DNA of 25,467 bases. Source: an uncultured Candidatus Bathyarchaeia archaeon (GTDB lineage Archaea; Thermoproteota; Bathyarchaeia; Bathyarchaeales; Bathycorpusculaceae). This document shows positions 17,805 to 25,467 of this stretch, piece after piece. Location of the stretch: the NCBI GenBank assembly GCA_964450845.1, contig CAYVGZ010000010.1, forward strand, positions 1 through 25,467. Reading direction: 5' to 3'. The first letter of the stretch is position 1, and the number at the start of each line of letters is the position of its first letter. Below the pieces are notes generated by a model. The model made no database searches. It was not told the DNA's origin and saw only the letters and a list, made by a program, of their open reading frames with translations. The position numbers and the translations under genes are program-made.

Positions 17805-18737
17805 ATGAAGATTTTGACCCATAGAGAACTCGAATCAAAAGACACGCTTCTGCCGTTGATGGATAATTCTTTTGGTTGGCCATTCAATCCGAAAATGTAT
17901 GAGAAGCTTGTCAAGATTGACCCGAGGTTGAGAAACAGTCCTGTTGGTTTCTGCGCTGTAGAGAATGGACATGCAGTTGGTTATGTTGGCGTTATGGATT
18001 TGGCTACGCGGACTTTGGATGGAAGCGTAGAGTATGTTGGTGGCATCTATGGTGTTGCTACATTGCCAAGTCATGCGAGAAAAGGAATTTCCACGGCATT
18101 GATGAATCGAGTGCATGAGCATTTTAGAGAGAGGAATTATCGTTTCTCGTTCTTATGCACCAGCCACACTCTGGTTGCATACTCAATGTATCAGAAGCTG
18201 GGTTACACGGACTTGTTAGAAAGACGAAGCGCATACAAAGTGTTAAACCAAAAGAAAGCTAAGGCTACTGTGGAGCAAAGAAGTGGAAAGCTTGATTTTG
18301 ATAGGCTTCTAAAAGTTTACAGCGAATTTGTGAAAGGCAAGACGGGTTTTGTTGTCCGAGATAAAGCCTATCTGACGATGTTAAAGAAGACTGGTTACTT
18401 TGGTGACAAAGACTGCATTATAGAAGAAGACGGATATGTTATTTTTAGAAGCAACTGGGGTGGAACTTGGACCAAGGCAACATGGATTAGAGAACTCGTC
18501 GCACTAAACGCTAAACAGATGGACAGACTCGTGGGGCTTGTTGAAGCAAAAGCAACGGATCTTATTATGGATCGAGATGTACTCGACGAGGCTTTACTGC
18601 AGGTTTACAAGTCTCGCGGTTACATGATTGAGAAGAGAAGTCACGGAGTAATAATGGTCAAACCCTTAACTGCCGATGCATCATTCAAAAAAACCTACGG
18701 CGACAAATTCTACCTAACAGATTTGGATTTCTTCTAA
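17805..18737 (+). CDS. GNAT family N-acetyltransferase (Eis-like length)
   Basis: GIYGVATLPSHARKGISTALM acetyl-CoA motif A; MYQKLGY. Confidence 0.88.
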   Translation: MKILTHRELESKDTLLPLMDNSFGWPFNPKMYEKLVKIDPRLRNSPVGFCAVENGHAVGYVGVMDLATRTLDGSVEYVGGIYGVATLPSHARKGISTALMNRVHEHFRERNYRFSFLCTSHTLVAYSMYQKLGYTDLLERRSAYKVLNQKKAKATVEQRSGKLDFDRLLKVYSEFVKGKTGFVVRDKAYLTMLKKTGYFGDKDCIIEEDGYVIFRSNWGGTWTKATWIRELVALNAKQMDRLVGLVEAKATDLIMDRDVLDEALLQVYKSRGYMIEKRSHGVIMVKPLTADASFKKTYGDKFYLTDLDFF

Positions 18738-18775
18738 AAACCCTTAAAGCATAAAATCGTCAGCCTATTGTCTGA

Positions 18776-18820
18776 CAAAACAAAAATCAAAAACACGGCA
18801 TATCCATAGGATTATGCCGT
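18776..18820 (-). terminator. Hairpin ACGGCATA-TCC-ATA-GGAT-TATGCCGT (18795-18820) followed on the minus strand by a T-rich tract
   Basis: 8-bp perfect stem plus 3-bp extension. The plus-strand A-rich run 18776-18793 reads as a T-tract on the minus strand. Confidence 0.45.
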
Positions 18821-18972
18821 ATTACAGTTGAAGACGCGCAAGAATTTTCAGCAGCAAATCTACTTGAAAGTTCAACCTATATATAAGGGGGGTCTAGTCT
18901 TTCCGAGAGCAAAAGCGCAAAACATGCTCGCATGCTGCTAAACAAAAGAAAAGTTTTCAGCCTTCAACAAAT

Positions 18973-19470
18973 CTACAAGTCGACTAACCTTACTTCACGC
19001 TTAACAGTGTCAAACAACGCAATAGTCGATTTGCCACTCAAATATCCACAAACTTCGCCAGGATTCACAACCAAAGTCCTACCCTTCTGATAAACTTCCA
19101 CCTTGTGCGTATGTCCATAAACAACAACGTCAAAGCCTCCGCTTTCAATCAAAGCCTTTAGAAGTTCCTCTTCATGTCCATGCAATAACGCGACTTTTAA
19201 GCCATCAATAATTATTTCCGCAAAATTCCCATGCAACTCTAAGCTTTTATTCTCGCTAAATCTCCTTTTCAAAAGTTCACGGTCTCCATCATTATTGCCA
19301 AAAACACCAATTAACCTTGCCTTCAAATCCTTGAATTTTGGAATAACAAAAGGCGCAACATAATCTCCAGCATGAAGCACAAGCCCAACATTTTCCTCAT
19401 TCAACCTCTTCACAGCTTTTTCCACCATTGGCAAACAATCATGCGTATCTGCAATTAAACCAACCAACAT
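18973..19470 (-). CDS. Metallophosphoesterase, YfcE/MJ0936 family
   Basis: IADTHD, LHAGD, GNND, LLHGH, GHTH, NPG. Ribosome-binding-like AGGTGA upstream. Confidence 0.93.
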   Translation of the reverse strand: MLVGLIADTHDCLPMVEKAVKRLNEENVGLVLHAGDYVAPFVIPKFKDLKARLIGVFGNNDGDRELLKRRFSENKSLELHGNFAEIIIDGLKVALLHGHEEELLKALIESGGFDVVVYGHTHKVEVYQKGRTLVVNPGEVCGYLSGKSTIALFDTVKREVRLVDL

Positions 19471-19526
19471 TTTCTCACCTTCCCTAACATCTTCATTTCT
19501 ATCAAAAATAAAGCCTTCTTAACATA

Positions 19527-19541
19527 TAGAAGTTTGTTCTA
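19527..19541. promoter_or_regulatory. Palindromic operator candidate TAGAA-GTTTG-TTCTA (copy 1)
   Basis: Same TAGAA-N5-TTCTA pattern as 19616-19630. Confidence 0.55.
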
Positions 19542-19615
19542 GAGAATATTTCGATTACTGAAATACTCAAACATGCGAAACACCACTTAAAACACTCCTC
19601 AGCCCTTTTTTAACA

Positions 19616-19630
19616 TAGAAAACAGTTCTA
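19616..19630. promoter_or_regulatory. Palindromic operator candidate TAGAA-AACAG-TTCTA (copy 2)
   Basis: Lies between the TATA-like TTTTTAAC (19606-19613) and the wHTH start at 19648. Confidence 0.55.
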
Positions 19631-19647
19631 AAAGAGGAATATAGAAA

Positions 19648-19986
19648 ATGAATCCTTGGGGCCCAAACCCATCCTCAAAAAGAAGAGACAAACTCTACAT
19701 AATTGCGGAAATTTTGGAAATAGCAAAAGACGGTGTCCTAAAAACTCAAATTATGTATAGAGCAAACCTAAGCTTCACACAACTTAACGATTATCTCGGG
19801 TTCATGTTAAAAAACGCATTATTAGAAAAAATTTTGTTGAATGACAAAGAAGTATATAAGGCAACAGAAAAGGGTATAGTTTTTCTCCAAAGTTACCGTG
19901 AAATAACAGAACTTCTCAAAACTGAAGGAGACAACTACAAAAACAACGTTAAAGTTCCACCTACACACCTTCTCAAAAGAAATTAA
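19648..19986 (+). CDS. Winged HTH protein (HTH_45-like archaeal regulator)
   Basis: RRDKLYIIAEIL...KTQIMYRANLSF..L..YL...YKATEKG. Confidence 0.88.
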   Translation: MNPWGPNPSSKRRDKLYIIAEILEIAKDGVLKTQIMYRANLSFTQLNDYLGFMLKNALLEKILLNDKEVYKATEKGIVFLQSYREITELLKTEGDNYKNNVKVPPTHLLKRN

Positions 19987-20034
19987 AACAGTATGGTATA
20001 AATAAGCAAAAGCGAAAAAACAATCGAACCTAAA

Positions 20035-20163
20035 CTACTGCTTCTGCTCCCCCAAATATTTTTTAACCTTCACTTTCAACGCAGGAAATTCATCAAGCAT
20101 AGCTTTCATAACTTGCCAACGAATTTCTTCACTTTTTGACCGCGCACTCATTTTCTCGAACAT
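20035..20163 (-). CDS. Small hypothetical protein (42 aa, MFEKMSARSK...), probably leaderless
   Basis: TATA TTTATATG lies 25-32 nt upstream of ATG 20163. The longer 75-aa ORF runs through the upstream terminator and is unlikely. Confidence 0.55.
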   Translation of the reverse strand: MFEKMSARSKSEEIRWQVMKAMLDEFPALKVKVKKYLGEQKQ

Positions 20164-20171
20164 CCCACATA

Positions 20172-20195
20172 GTGTATAGCAATACACCATATAAA
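20172..20195 (-). promoter_or_regulatory. TATA box (20188-20195) with abutting palindrome GTGTAT-N4-ATACAC (20172-20187)
   Basis: Read directly. An A-rich BRE-like sequence lies upstream on the minus strand. Confidence 0.6.
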
Positions 20196-20225
20196 CTTTT
20201 ATTTCCAAAAACGACATATACTCAC

Positions 20226-20251
20226 AAAAACAAAAAAAGAAAAAAAGGAAA
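20226..20251 (-). terminator. Oligo-T archaeal terminator after the surface-protein gene
   Basis: The minus strand reads TTTCCTTTTTTTCTTTTTTTGTTTTT immediately after the TAG at 20252. Confidence 0.65.
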
Positions 20252-21604
20252 CTAGTGGACATTTACTATGTTAACTGTTTTATCTCGCAGTTTAACAGCA
20301 GCCACCGCAACAGCTATCACAATCGTTGCACCAATCAGAATTGCCAGAAGAATCGATGTTACAAGCATTGGAACCAAAGGAGCCGAAGCAAGTCCTATTG
20401 TTGGATCATGTTCCAAGGTGTAGTTGCCAAAGTATGGGTAGCAAATGAACAATCTTAAATGAGCCCCTGCAGCGATGTATGAGGCTGTGACATTTACGTA
20501 GTCTACTGTATTTCCTGTCTCGTTTAGAACCCTTGCCCATGGAACAAATTCGAGAAAGCCTGAAATGTTGCCTTCTACATTTGCATATTGTACTCTTGTG
20601 CGATTTCTAAAGCGACTAGTTACTCGCACTTGTCTTTCATATTCGCTTTGTGTTTTGTTTGCAGTAACTGGATAGTACTCATCATTTATGTTTGCAGCTT
20701 GCATTTGAGACTGCGTCTCAACTGCTTCTTGATGCTGACTTTGAATTTCATTCTCTGCGGCATTTATGTCTTCAAGCTTTATTGAAGCCATGTTAATCCA
20801 TAATGCTAAACCTGTCCTGTTTACTGGTATTTCAATGTCATTATTCCCAAGGAATTGATTGATTTTGTCTATGTTCCATTCCCAGTTGCTCACGACAAAG
20901 TCGAATTTTAATTGCCCCGCTGCGACTGTGTAATTATATTCTGGATGGTTTTCGTCGGGAACTTCCGTAGTTGTTGTGTTGTAAAATCTGCATCTAATTT
21001 GAATATTTTTTTCTGCGAATTCAAATCTAGGGTGACCGTATACCTCAGTGAGTGTAAAGTTGAAGGACCAGAAAGAAGAATTCCCGTCAACTACTAGTTC
21101 TGGTGGTGTAAGGGTCCAGTTGCATGCACTAAACGGTAGAAAGGCACGATGTAAACCGAGTAAAAGTCCTGAGAATTGATTAATAGCCCAATTATATTGC
21201 GAATTGCCATATCCATATTTAAAGCGCAGTTTCGGTTCAATATAGTCATTCCATAACGTTTCATTTATAGTAGCGTTGTCCGCTTGGAACCGTCTCTGGT
21301 AATATGGCTTGTCAAGTATGAGATATTCAATTACCCCTTTGAATTTCACTACGTATATTGTGCTGTTATCGTTTGTGTACCACCATAAGAACATGGGTTT
21401 TTTCCCACTTGCTGGAAAAATCAATGTAACTAAAGACGTTTCAAATCTGTACCATATGTTCCTCCATTGTGGATCAATTTCTACGTTTAATGGTGCTTCG
21501 CCATTCTCTTCAGCGTTTACTGTTGGGGCGGCTATCGCTATCGCAGATAACGTTAGAAGCAGTGCTAAACTCAAGGCAAATATTTGATTTCTTTCAATTT
21601 TCAC
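20252..21604 (-). CDS. Secreted, C-terminally membrane-anchored, heavily N-glycosylatable surface protein; unknown family
   Basis: Signal peptide, more than a dozen N-x-S/T sequons, aromatic beta-strand pattern, C-terminal TM followed by KLRDK. GGTGA upstream of the GTG start. Confidence 0.85.
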   Translation of the reverse strand: MKIERNQIFALSLALLLTLSAIAIAAPTVNAEENGEAPLNVEIDPQWRNIWYRFETSLVTLIFPASGKKPMFLWWYTNDNSTIYVVKFKGVIEYLILDKPYYQRRFQADNATINETLWNDYIEPKLRFKYGYGNSQYNWAINQFSGLLLGLHRAFLPFSACNWTLTPPELVVDGNSSFWSFNFTLTEVYGHPRFEFAEKNIQIRCRFYNTTTTEVPDENHPEYNYTVAAGQLKFDFVVSNWEWNIDKINQFLGNNDIEIPVNRTGLALWINMASIKLEDINAAENEIQSQHQEAVETQSQMQAANINDEYYPVTANKTQSEYERQVRVTSRFRNRTRVQYANVEGNISGFLEFVPWARVLNETGNTVDYVNVTASYIAAGAHLRLFICYPYFGNYTLEHDPTIGLASAPLVPMLVTSILLAILIGATIVIAVAVAAVKLRDKTVNIVNVH

Positions 21605-21704
21605 GGTTTTTCACCAAAAATAACTTTGCAAAACGGCTTATTAAGAAAATCGTTTCCAAAAAACTCGAATATTGTTTGTTAAGAGTTCTAGAAACCTCGA
21701 ACTT

Positions 21705-22496
21705 TTACGTAAAACGTCCTAACATGAATAATGTTGCCATGTTTAAGTATATGGCTGTTAAACTTATGACTATGGCTTTGTCAAGCCTTATGCCCTTTCC
21801 AAAACAGAAAGCTGCAGAAACAAGTAGCAAGCTCCAAACCTGCAGAACAAAAAGGATGTATTGAGAGATAACGTCTGAAATGAAGAGGTATACGTATGGG
21901 AAAAGTGCCATCGGAAATGACGCCAAACCTAGACACGTGAACAGTTGAATGTCATTTCCAACCCTTCGATAAAGCAGATAAGTGAAAAGTTCTGCAAAGA
22001 GAAATAAGCCTACCCAATTGAAACTGTAAAGGGCTACTATGCTTGTGAAACTATAAGCTGAGTATGGAAAATAGAAGAAAAGAGCAGAATCAAGATTTGC
22101 ATAAGCTGAACCTAAAGCTCCCATAAGCAGCAATGCTATTGAAACTGGCAAAACTCTTAAAGGTTTGACTGTTTTTGCGAAGACAGGTGAAAGAAAAAGC
22201 CATTTGGCAACGCGGTGACTGAAGGCTTCGCTTATTTCCAACGTAGCCGGAACATTTCCTTCCTTCAAAACTTTATAGAGCGTTTGTCCACGGTCATTCA
22301 GCCTATACTTGCGTTGCTTGTCTTGTGTTACAAAGTTTGAAAGCATGTCTAAGTGATAGTAAACCGTGCCAACGCCTAAGCCTAAGGCTTCTCTTAATTC
22401 TTTAAATCCAATTTTCTCTTGAACACCTAGAATCTCGATTATTTTTCGACGCGCTGGATCCCGTAACAAAGTGTAATACCGTGATAAGTCTTCCAT
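21705..22496 (-). CDS. ArsR-like wHTH fused to a multi-TM (Yip1-like, tentative) domain
   Basis: LRDPARRKIIEIL...GFKEL...GTVYYHL...YRLNDRG followed by about five hydrophobic segments. GGTGA upstream. Confidence 0.85.
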   Translation of the reverse strand: MEDLSRYYTLLRDPARRKIIEILGVQEKIGFKELREALGLGVGTVYYHLDMLSNFVTQDKQRKYRLNDRGQTLYKVLKEGNVPATLEISEAFSHRVAKWLFLSPVFAKTVKPLRVLPVSIALLLMGALGSAYANLDSALFFYFPYSAYSFTSIVALYSFNWVGLFLFAELFTYLLYRRVGNDIQLFTCLGLASFPMALFPYVYLFISDVISQYILFVLQVWSLLLVSAAFCFGKGIRLDKAIVISLTAIYLNMATLFMLGRFT

Positions 22497-22710
22497 TAAG
22501 TAGGTTCACCATAATTATTGAAACTATGTTTTGTCATGGATATTTATATATTTTTGGATTTGATGCGTATTTTCAGTTTACATTGCAATTTTTGGTTCTC
22601 TTCTGAGAATATTGTCTCTGTAGGAATACTTGCTTTATTCTGTGAAAGCTTGCTTACTATTGGAGAAAGGAGGGCTTGCCGAATTCAGTAGCTAGGGGAA
22701 AGGTTTATCT

Positions 22711-24102
22711 ATGAAGTTTAGGTTGCCTAAGAGTTCTCGAATCGTTTATTTGGCATTTTGCATACCATTTATTCTAGCCTATGTTTCCTGGCGGTTTTTT
22801 CCTGTTTTTGCCCATTGGCTTATAACTCAAACTTTTAATTATGAAGTTTCGTTTCTGCAGGCGAATTGGCTTTGGTACACGGTTATCCGCTTTTTTTATG
22901 GCTGGTACACTTTTTTGGCTATTGGCATTGCTGGAGTTTGGGCTGTTGCCGCAGCGATTACAAGAGTTCAGAAAAAAGAGGTTAAGCAACTGTGGTACCC
23001 TATGGTTTCTTTTGTTGTTCCAGCCTATAATGAAGAGAAAAATGTTTCCCGTTGCATAAAGAGTCTTTTCAAATGCACAAAGAAATATGCAGGGTTATGC
23101 GAGATTATTGTCGTGGATGATGGAAGCAGCGATTACACATACGAAGTTGCTTGGGCAACCATAGAACTGAATCGCAGAAAATATCCGCAAGTGCGAGGGA
23201 AAGTTGTTAGGCATTCAGCGAATCTTGGTAAGGTTGAGGCAATTAGGACGGGTTCTGACAGAGCTTTAGGTGGTCTAATAGCTGTTGTAGATGCGGATTC
23301 TTATTGGATGTCTGACACACTTGTGAAACTTGTTGATTATTTGCTTTTGAATGGGAAGAAGGCTGTGACTGGTTACGTGCATCCTTCTGATGGGGATGCT
23401 GAGGTGAATCCATACGTGGTTTTGCAGCAGCTTGAGTATAGTCAAGGTTTAGGTGTAGCTCGTTGTGCCCAGTCTTTGGGTGACGATGTTTTGGTTGTTT
23501 CTGGTGCTGTCGGTTTGTATGATGCTAGTGTTTTGCGTGGTATTTTGAACGAAAAGAGGGTTCGTTCTGTTACTGAGGATTTGGAGATTACTTTAGAGAT
23601 GCACAAGAGAGGTGCAGGTGTCGGCTATGCTGATGTTGCTACGAGTTCAACGATTGCTCCAGTTTCGCTTAATGTTTTGTGGAGTCAACGCATGAGGTGG
23701 TTTACTGGTTGGCTTCATAATACTTTAAACATTCATAGAGATTTGCTTATTAAAAAGTCTTGGTTGACTTTGCTTCTGTGGTATTGCTATGTTTTCGAGT
23801 ATGGCGGAGCATTTATTGATTTGGCTGCGCTTTGTGCGTTTCCGTTTCTTTTCTGGTTTGCACCTGATCGCATCTTTTTTATTCTTAACTTGCTAGTCTT
23901 CGTGCCTTATGGCTTGCTGATAGGCTTCATAAATCAGTCAATTGCCTTGAAATATGCTTATGATAAACACAATTATCGTTCTCTGCTCTTTTACACTCCA
24001 TTTTATCCAATCATAAGGTTGGTAAATATTCTTGCACGGCTGACAAGTTCGGTCAAGTATTTGTTTGGCGATAATGGTAGCTGGCATTCTTCTAAAAAGT
24101 AA
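22711..24102 (+). CDS. Processive GT2 glycosyltransferase (PgaC/IcaA/cellulose-synthase-like)
   Basis: PAYNEE, DDGS, GKVEA, DADS, SGA, TED, QRMRW. N- and C-terminal TM helices. Confidence 0.92.
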   Translation: MKFRLPKSSRIVYLAFCIPFILAYVSWRFFPVFAHWLITQTFNYEVSFLQANWLWYTVIRFFYGWYTFLAIGIAGVWAVAAAITRVQKKEVKQLWYPMVSFVVPAYNEEKNVSRCIKSLFKCTKKYAGLCEIIVVDDGSSDYTYEVAWATIELNRRKYPQVRGKVVRHSANLGKVEAIRTGSDRALGGLIAVVDADSYWMSDTLVKLVDYLLLNGKKAVTGYVHPSDGDAEVNPYVVLQQLEYSQGLGVARCAQSLGDDVLVVSGAVGLYDASVLRGILNEKRVRSVTEDLEITLEMHKRGAGVGYADVATSSTIAPVSLNVLWSQRMRWFTGWLHNTLNIHRDLLIKKSWLTLLLWYCYVFEYGGAFIDLAALCAFPFLFWFAPDRIFFILNLLVFVPYGLLIGFINQSIALKYAYDKHNYRSLLFYTPFYPIIRLVNILARLTSSVKYLFGDNGSWHSSKK

Positions 24103-24200
24103 CATGTGGCAACTTGCGTAAATGCACGTATATTTTTTAACTGTTTACTGCAAAAACTGTTTTATCTTTGGCATGGGCTATTGATTCGCTGGTGCAGAGA

Positions 24201-24920
24201 ATGGAGGTCGACGCTGTGCTTTTCGACTTGTTCGATACTTTGCTTCTGCTTGAGAGTCAAGAGGCTTACTACGAGCCTAGTCTCAAAAAGCTTTATGAAT
24301 TTTTGGTTGAAAATGGGGTTAATGTTCCTTTTGAAGATTTTTATAAAGTCTATTTTGAAGTTAGGGACAAATTTTATTCTGAATCACGCAAAAGTTTAGG
24401 TGAACCTCATTTTAATGTTCGTGTTGCGGAGACTTTGCGAAGGTTTGGTTACGATTTTGATGTTTCTGACCATGTTGTGGTTGGGGCTACTATGGCTTTT
24501 GCTGACGAGTTTATGCGTTATGTCAGCTTAGACAAGGATGCTCTTGATGTCTTGGAGAAACTGCGCGGAAAATACAAGCTTGGACTGATTTCAAATTTTG
24601 CCATTCCAGAATGTTGCTGGAAACTGTTAGACAAATTCGGTCTGAAAAGATTTTTTGATGTTACTGTGATTAGTGGTGAGATTAACCAACGAAAGCCTAG
24701 TCCAAAAATTTTTCAAAGAGCGTTGAAGGCTTTAGGCGTAAAAGCTTCTGAGGCGGTTTTTGTTGGTGACATGTTGGATTTAGATGTTATGGGTCCAAAG
24801 AAGGTTGGGATGAAAACTGTTTTTATTGAGAGAAGACCTGTAGAGCATGATGTGGACGTTAAACCAGATTATGTTATCAAAGGCTTAAAGGAGTTATTAG
24901 CTTTGCTTGCAGATTGTTGA
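24201..24920 (+). CDS. HAD superfamily hydrolase
   Basis: LFDLFDTL, LISN, RKPSPKIF, VGD...DVMG...VGM. ATG 24201 follows a GGTG site. Confidence 0.92.
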   Translation: MEVDAVLFDLFDTLLLLESQEAYYEPSLKKLYEFLVENGVNVPFEDFYKVYFEVRDKFYSESRKSLGEPHFNVRVAETLRRFGYDFDVSDHVVVGATMAFADEFMRYVSLDKDALDVLEKLRGKYKLGLISNFAIPECCWKLLDKFGLKRFFDVTVISGEINQRKPSPKIFQRALKALGVKASEAVFVGDMLDLDVMGPKKVGMKTVFIERRPVEHDVDVKPDYVIKGLKELLALLADC

Positions 24921-25124
24921 TGAAGAACTAATTTGTCTATTTGGTCTTAGTATGAGGCTTTTGTTCTGTTGTGAAAATTATAGCCCCTGTATAAATAGAT
25001 TGAAGCTCAAATCTAAGCAGAGTTAGGGCACACTAGATTGGGTGTTTCCAGTGTTCAAATGTTTAAGAGGAAAGAACAAGCACCCATCAAGTTAACAGAA
25101 CCTAAGATGACAATGTTAGAGCGT

Positions 25125-25141
25125 AAAGAAACGTTTATATC
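25125..25141 (+). promoter_or_regulatory. Probable rRNA operon promoter (purine-rich BRE plus TTTATATC)
   Basis: AAAGAAACG-TTTATATC upstream of the GC-richer structured leader. Confidence 0.6.
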
Positions 25142-25185
25142 GACTGAGACGCCTTCAGATTTATTTTGGTGAACGAATAGAGTAG

Positions 25186-25416
25186 CCCCGCAATTTTACG
25201 GCGGCGGCTCAACCCCAACTACAAAGGCGCAAAGTCGCCCTACAGGATGAGGATGGTTGGCCTCCAGTTGCGGGGACAAACATGTGGACCTGACATGCTC
25301 ACAAGCGTTAGGTCTGAATTGGGCTTTAGCGTAAGTGGTTAATTCCCTCCAAATCCAGTCTGCTTTGCGGTTGTACAGCAAATAAACGTCTGGCTTACGA
25401 TCAACCGTGAAAAATA
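25186..25416 (+). other. Pre-16S rRNA 5' leader (ETS) with stem-loops
   Basis: CCCCGCAA (25186-25193) pairs with TTGCGGGG (25268-25275). GACCTGAC (25287-25294) pairs with GTTAGGTC (25307-25314). Also a GGCG-CAAAGT-CGCC hairpin. Confidence 0.65.
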
Positions 25417-25467
25417 ACTCCGGTTGATCCTGCCGGACCCTACTGCTATCGGGATGGGACTAAGACA
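25417..25467 (+). rRNA. rrs: 16S rRNA, 5' end (truncated by the window)
   Basis: ACTCCGGTTGATCCTGCCGGACCCTACTGCTATCGGGATGGGACTAAGACA is the conserved archaeal 16S start. Confidence 0.97.

Noticed and set aside
25247-25317. Box C/D-like sRNA in the rRNA leader (ATGAGGA, CTGA, CTGA)
   Set aside because: Spacing does not fit the C-guide-D'-C'-guide-D layout, no C' box was found, and both CTGA copies fall in or beside a hairpin.
25196-25381. 61-aa minus-strand ORF
   Set aside because: Antisense to the structured rRNA leader.

Overview
Archaeal chromosomal window, most likely Bathyarchaeia. That assignment is inferred from the 16S rRNA 5' end (ACTCCGGTTGATCCTGCCGGACCCTACTGC) and the gene repertoire. 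Left to right: (1) a surface PKD/CARDB - transmembrane - KaiC/RAD55 ATPase fusion converging on a soluble KaiC-like ATPase; (2) a sugar-phosphate/glycogen cluster (GalT-like, debranching enzyme, DUF89 phosphatase, tpiA); (3) a ~2.9 kb decayed integrative element bounded by an exact 20-bp direct repeat, containing a second 35-bp repeat, a tRNA 3' fragment, methyltransferase cargo and a frameshifted tyrosine-integrase remnant; (4) pdaD, a VOC protein and a DHDPS-family aldolase; (5) a cdc6/orc1 - wHTH - coiled-coil (PIP-box-like) - moaC - moaB - moaA run; (6) GNAT, a metallophosphoesterase and a wHTH regulator with paired palindromic operators; (7) a cell-envelope block (small protein, glycosylated surface protein, membrane-anchored wHTH, processive GT2), a HAD hydrolase, then the rRNA promoter, leader and first 51 nt of 16S rRNA. 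No CRISPR array was seen. All calls come from motif reading by eye; no database searches were run.
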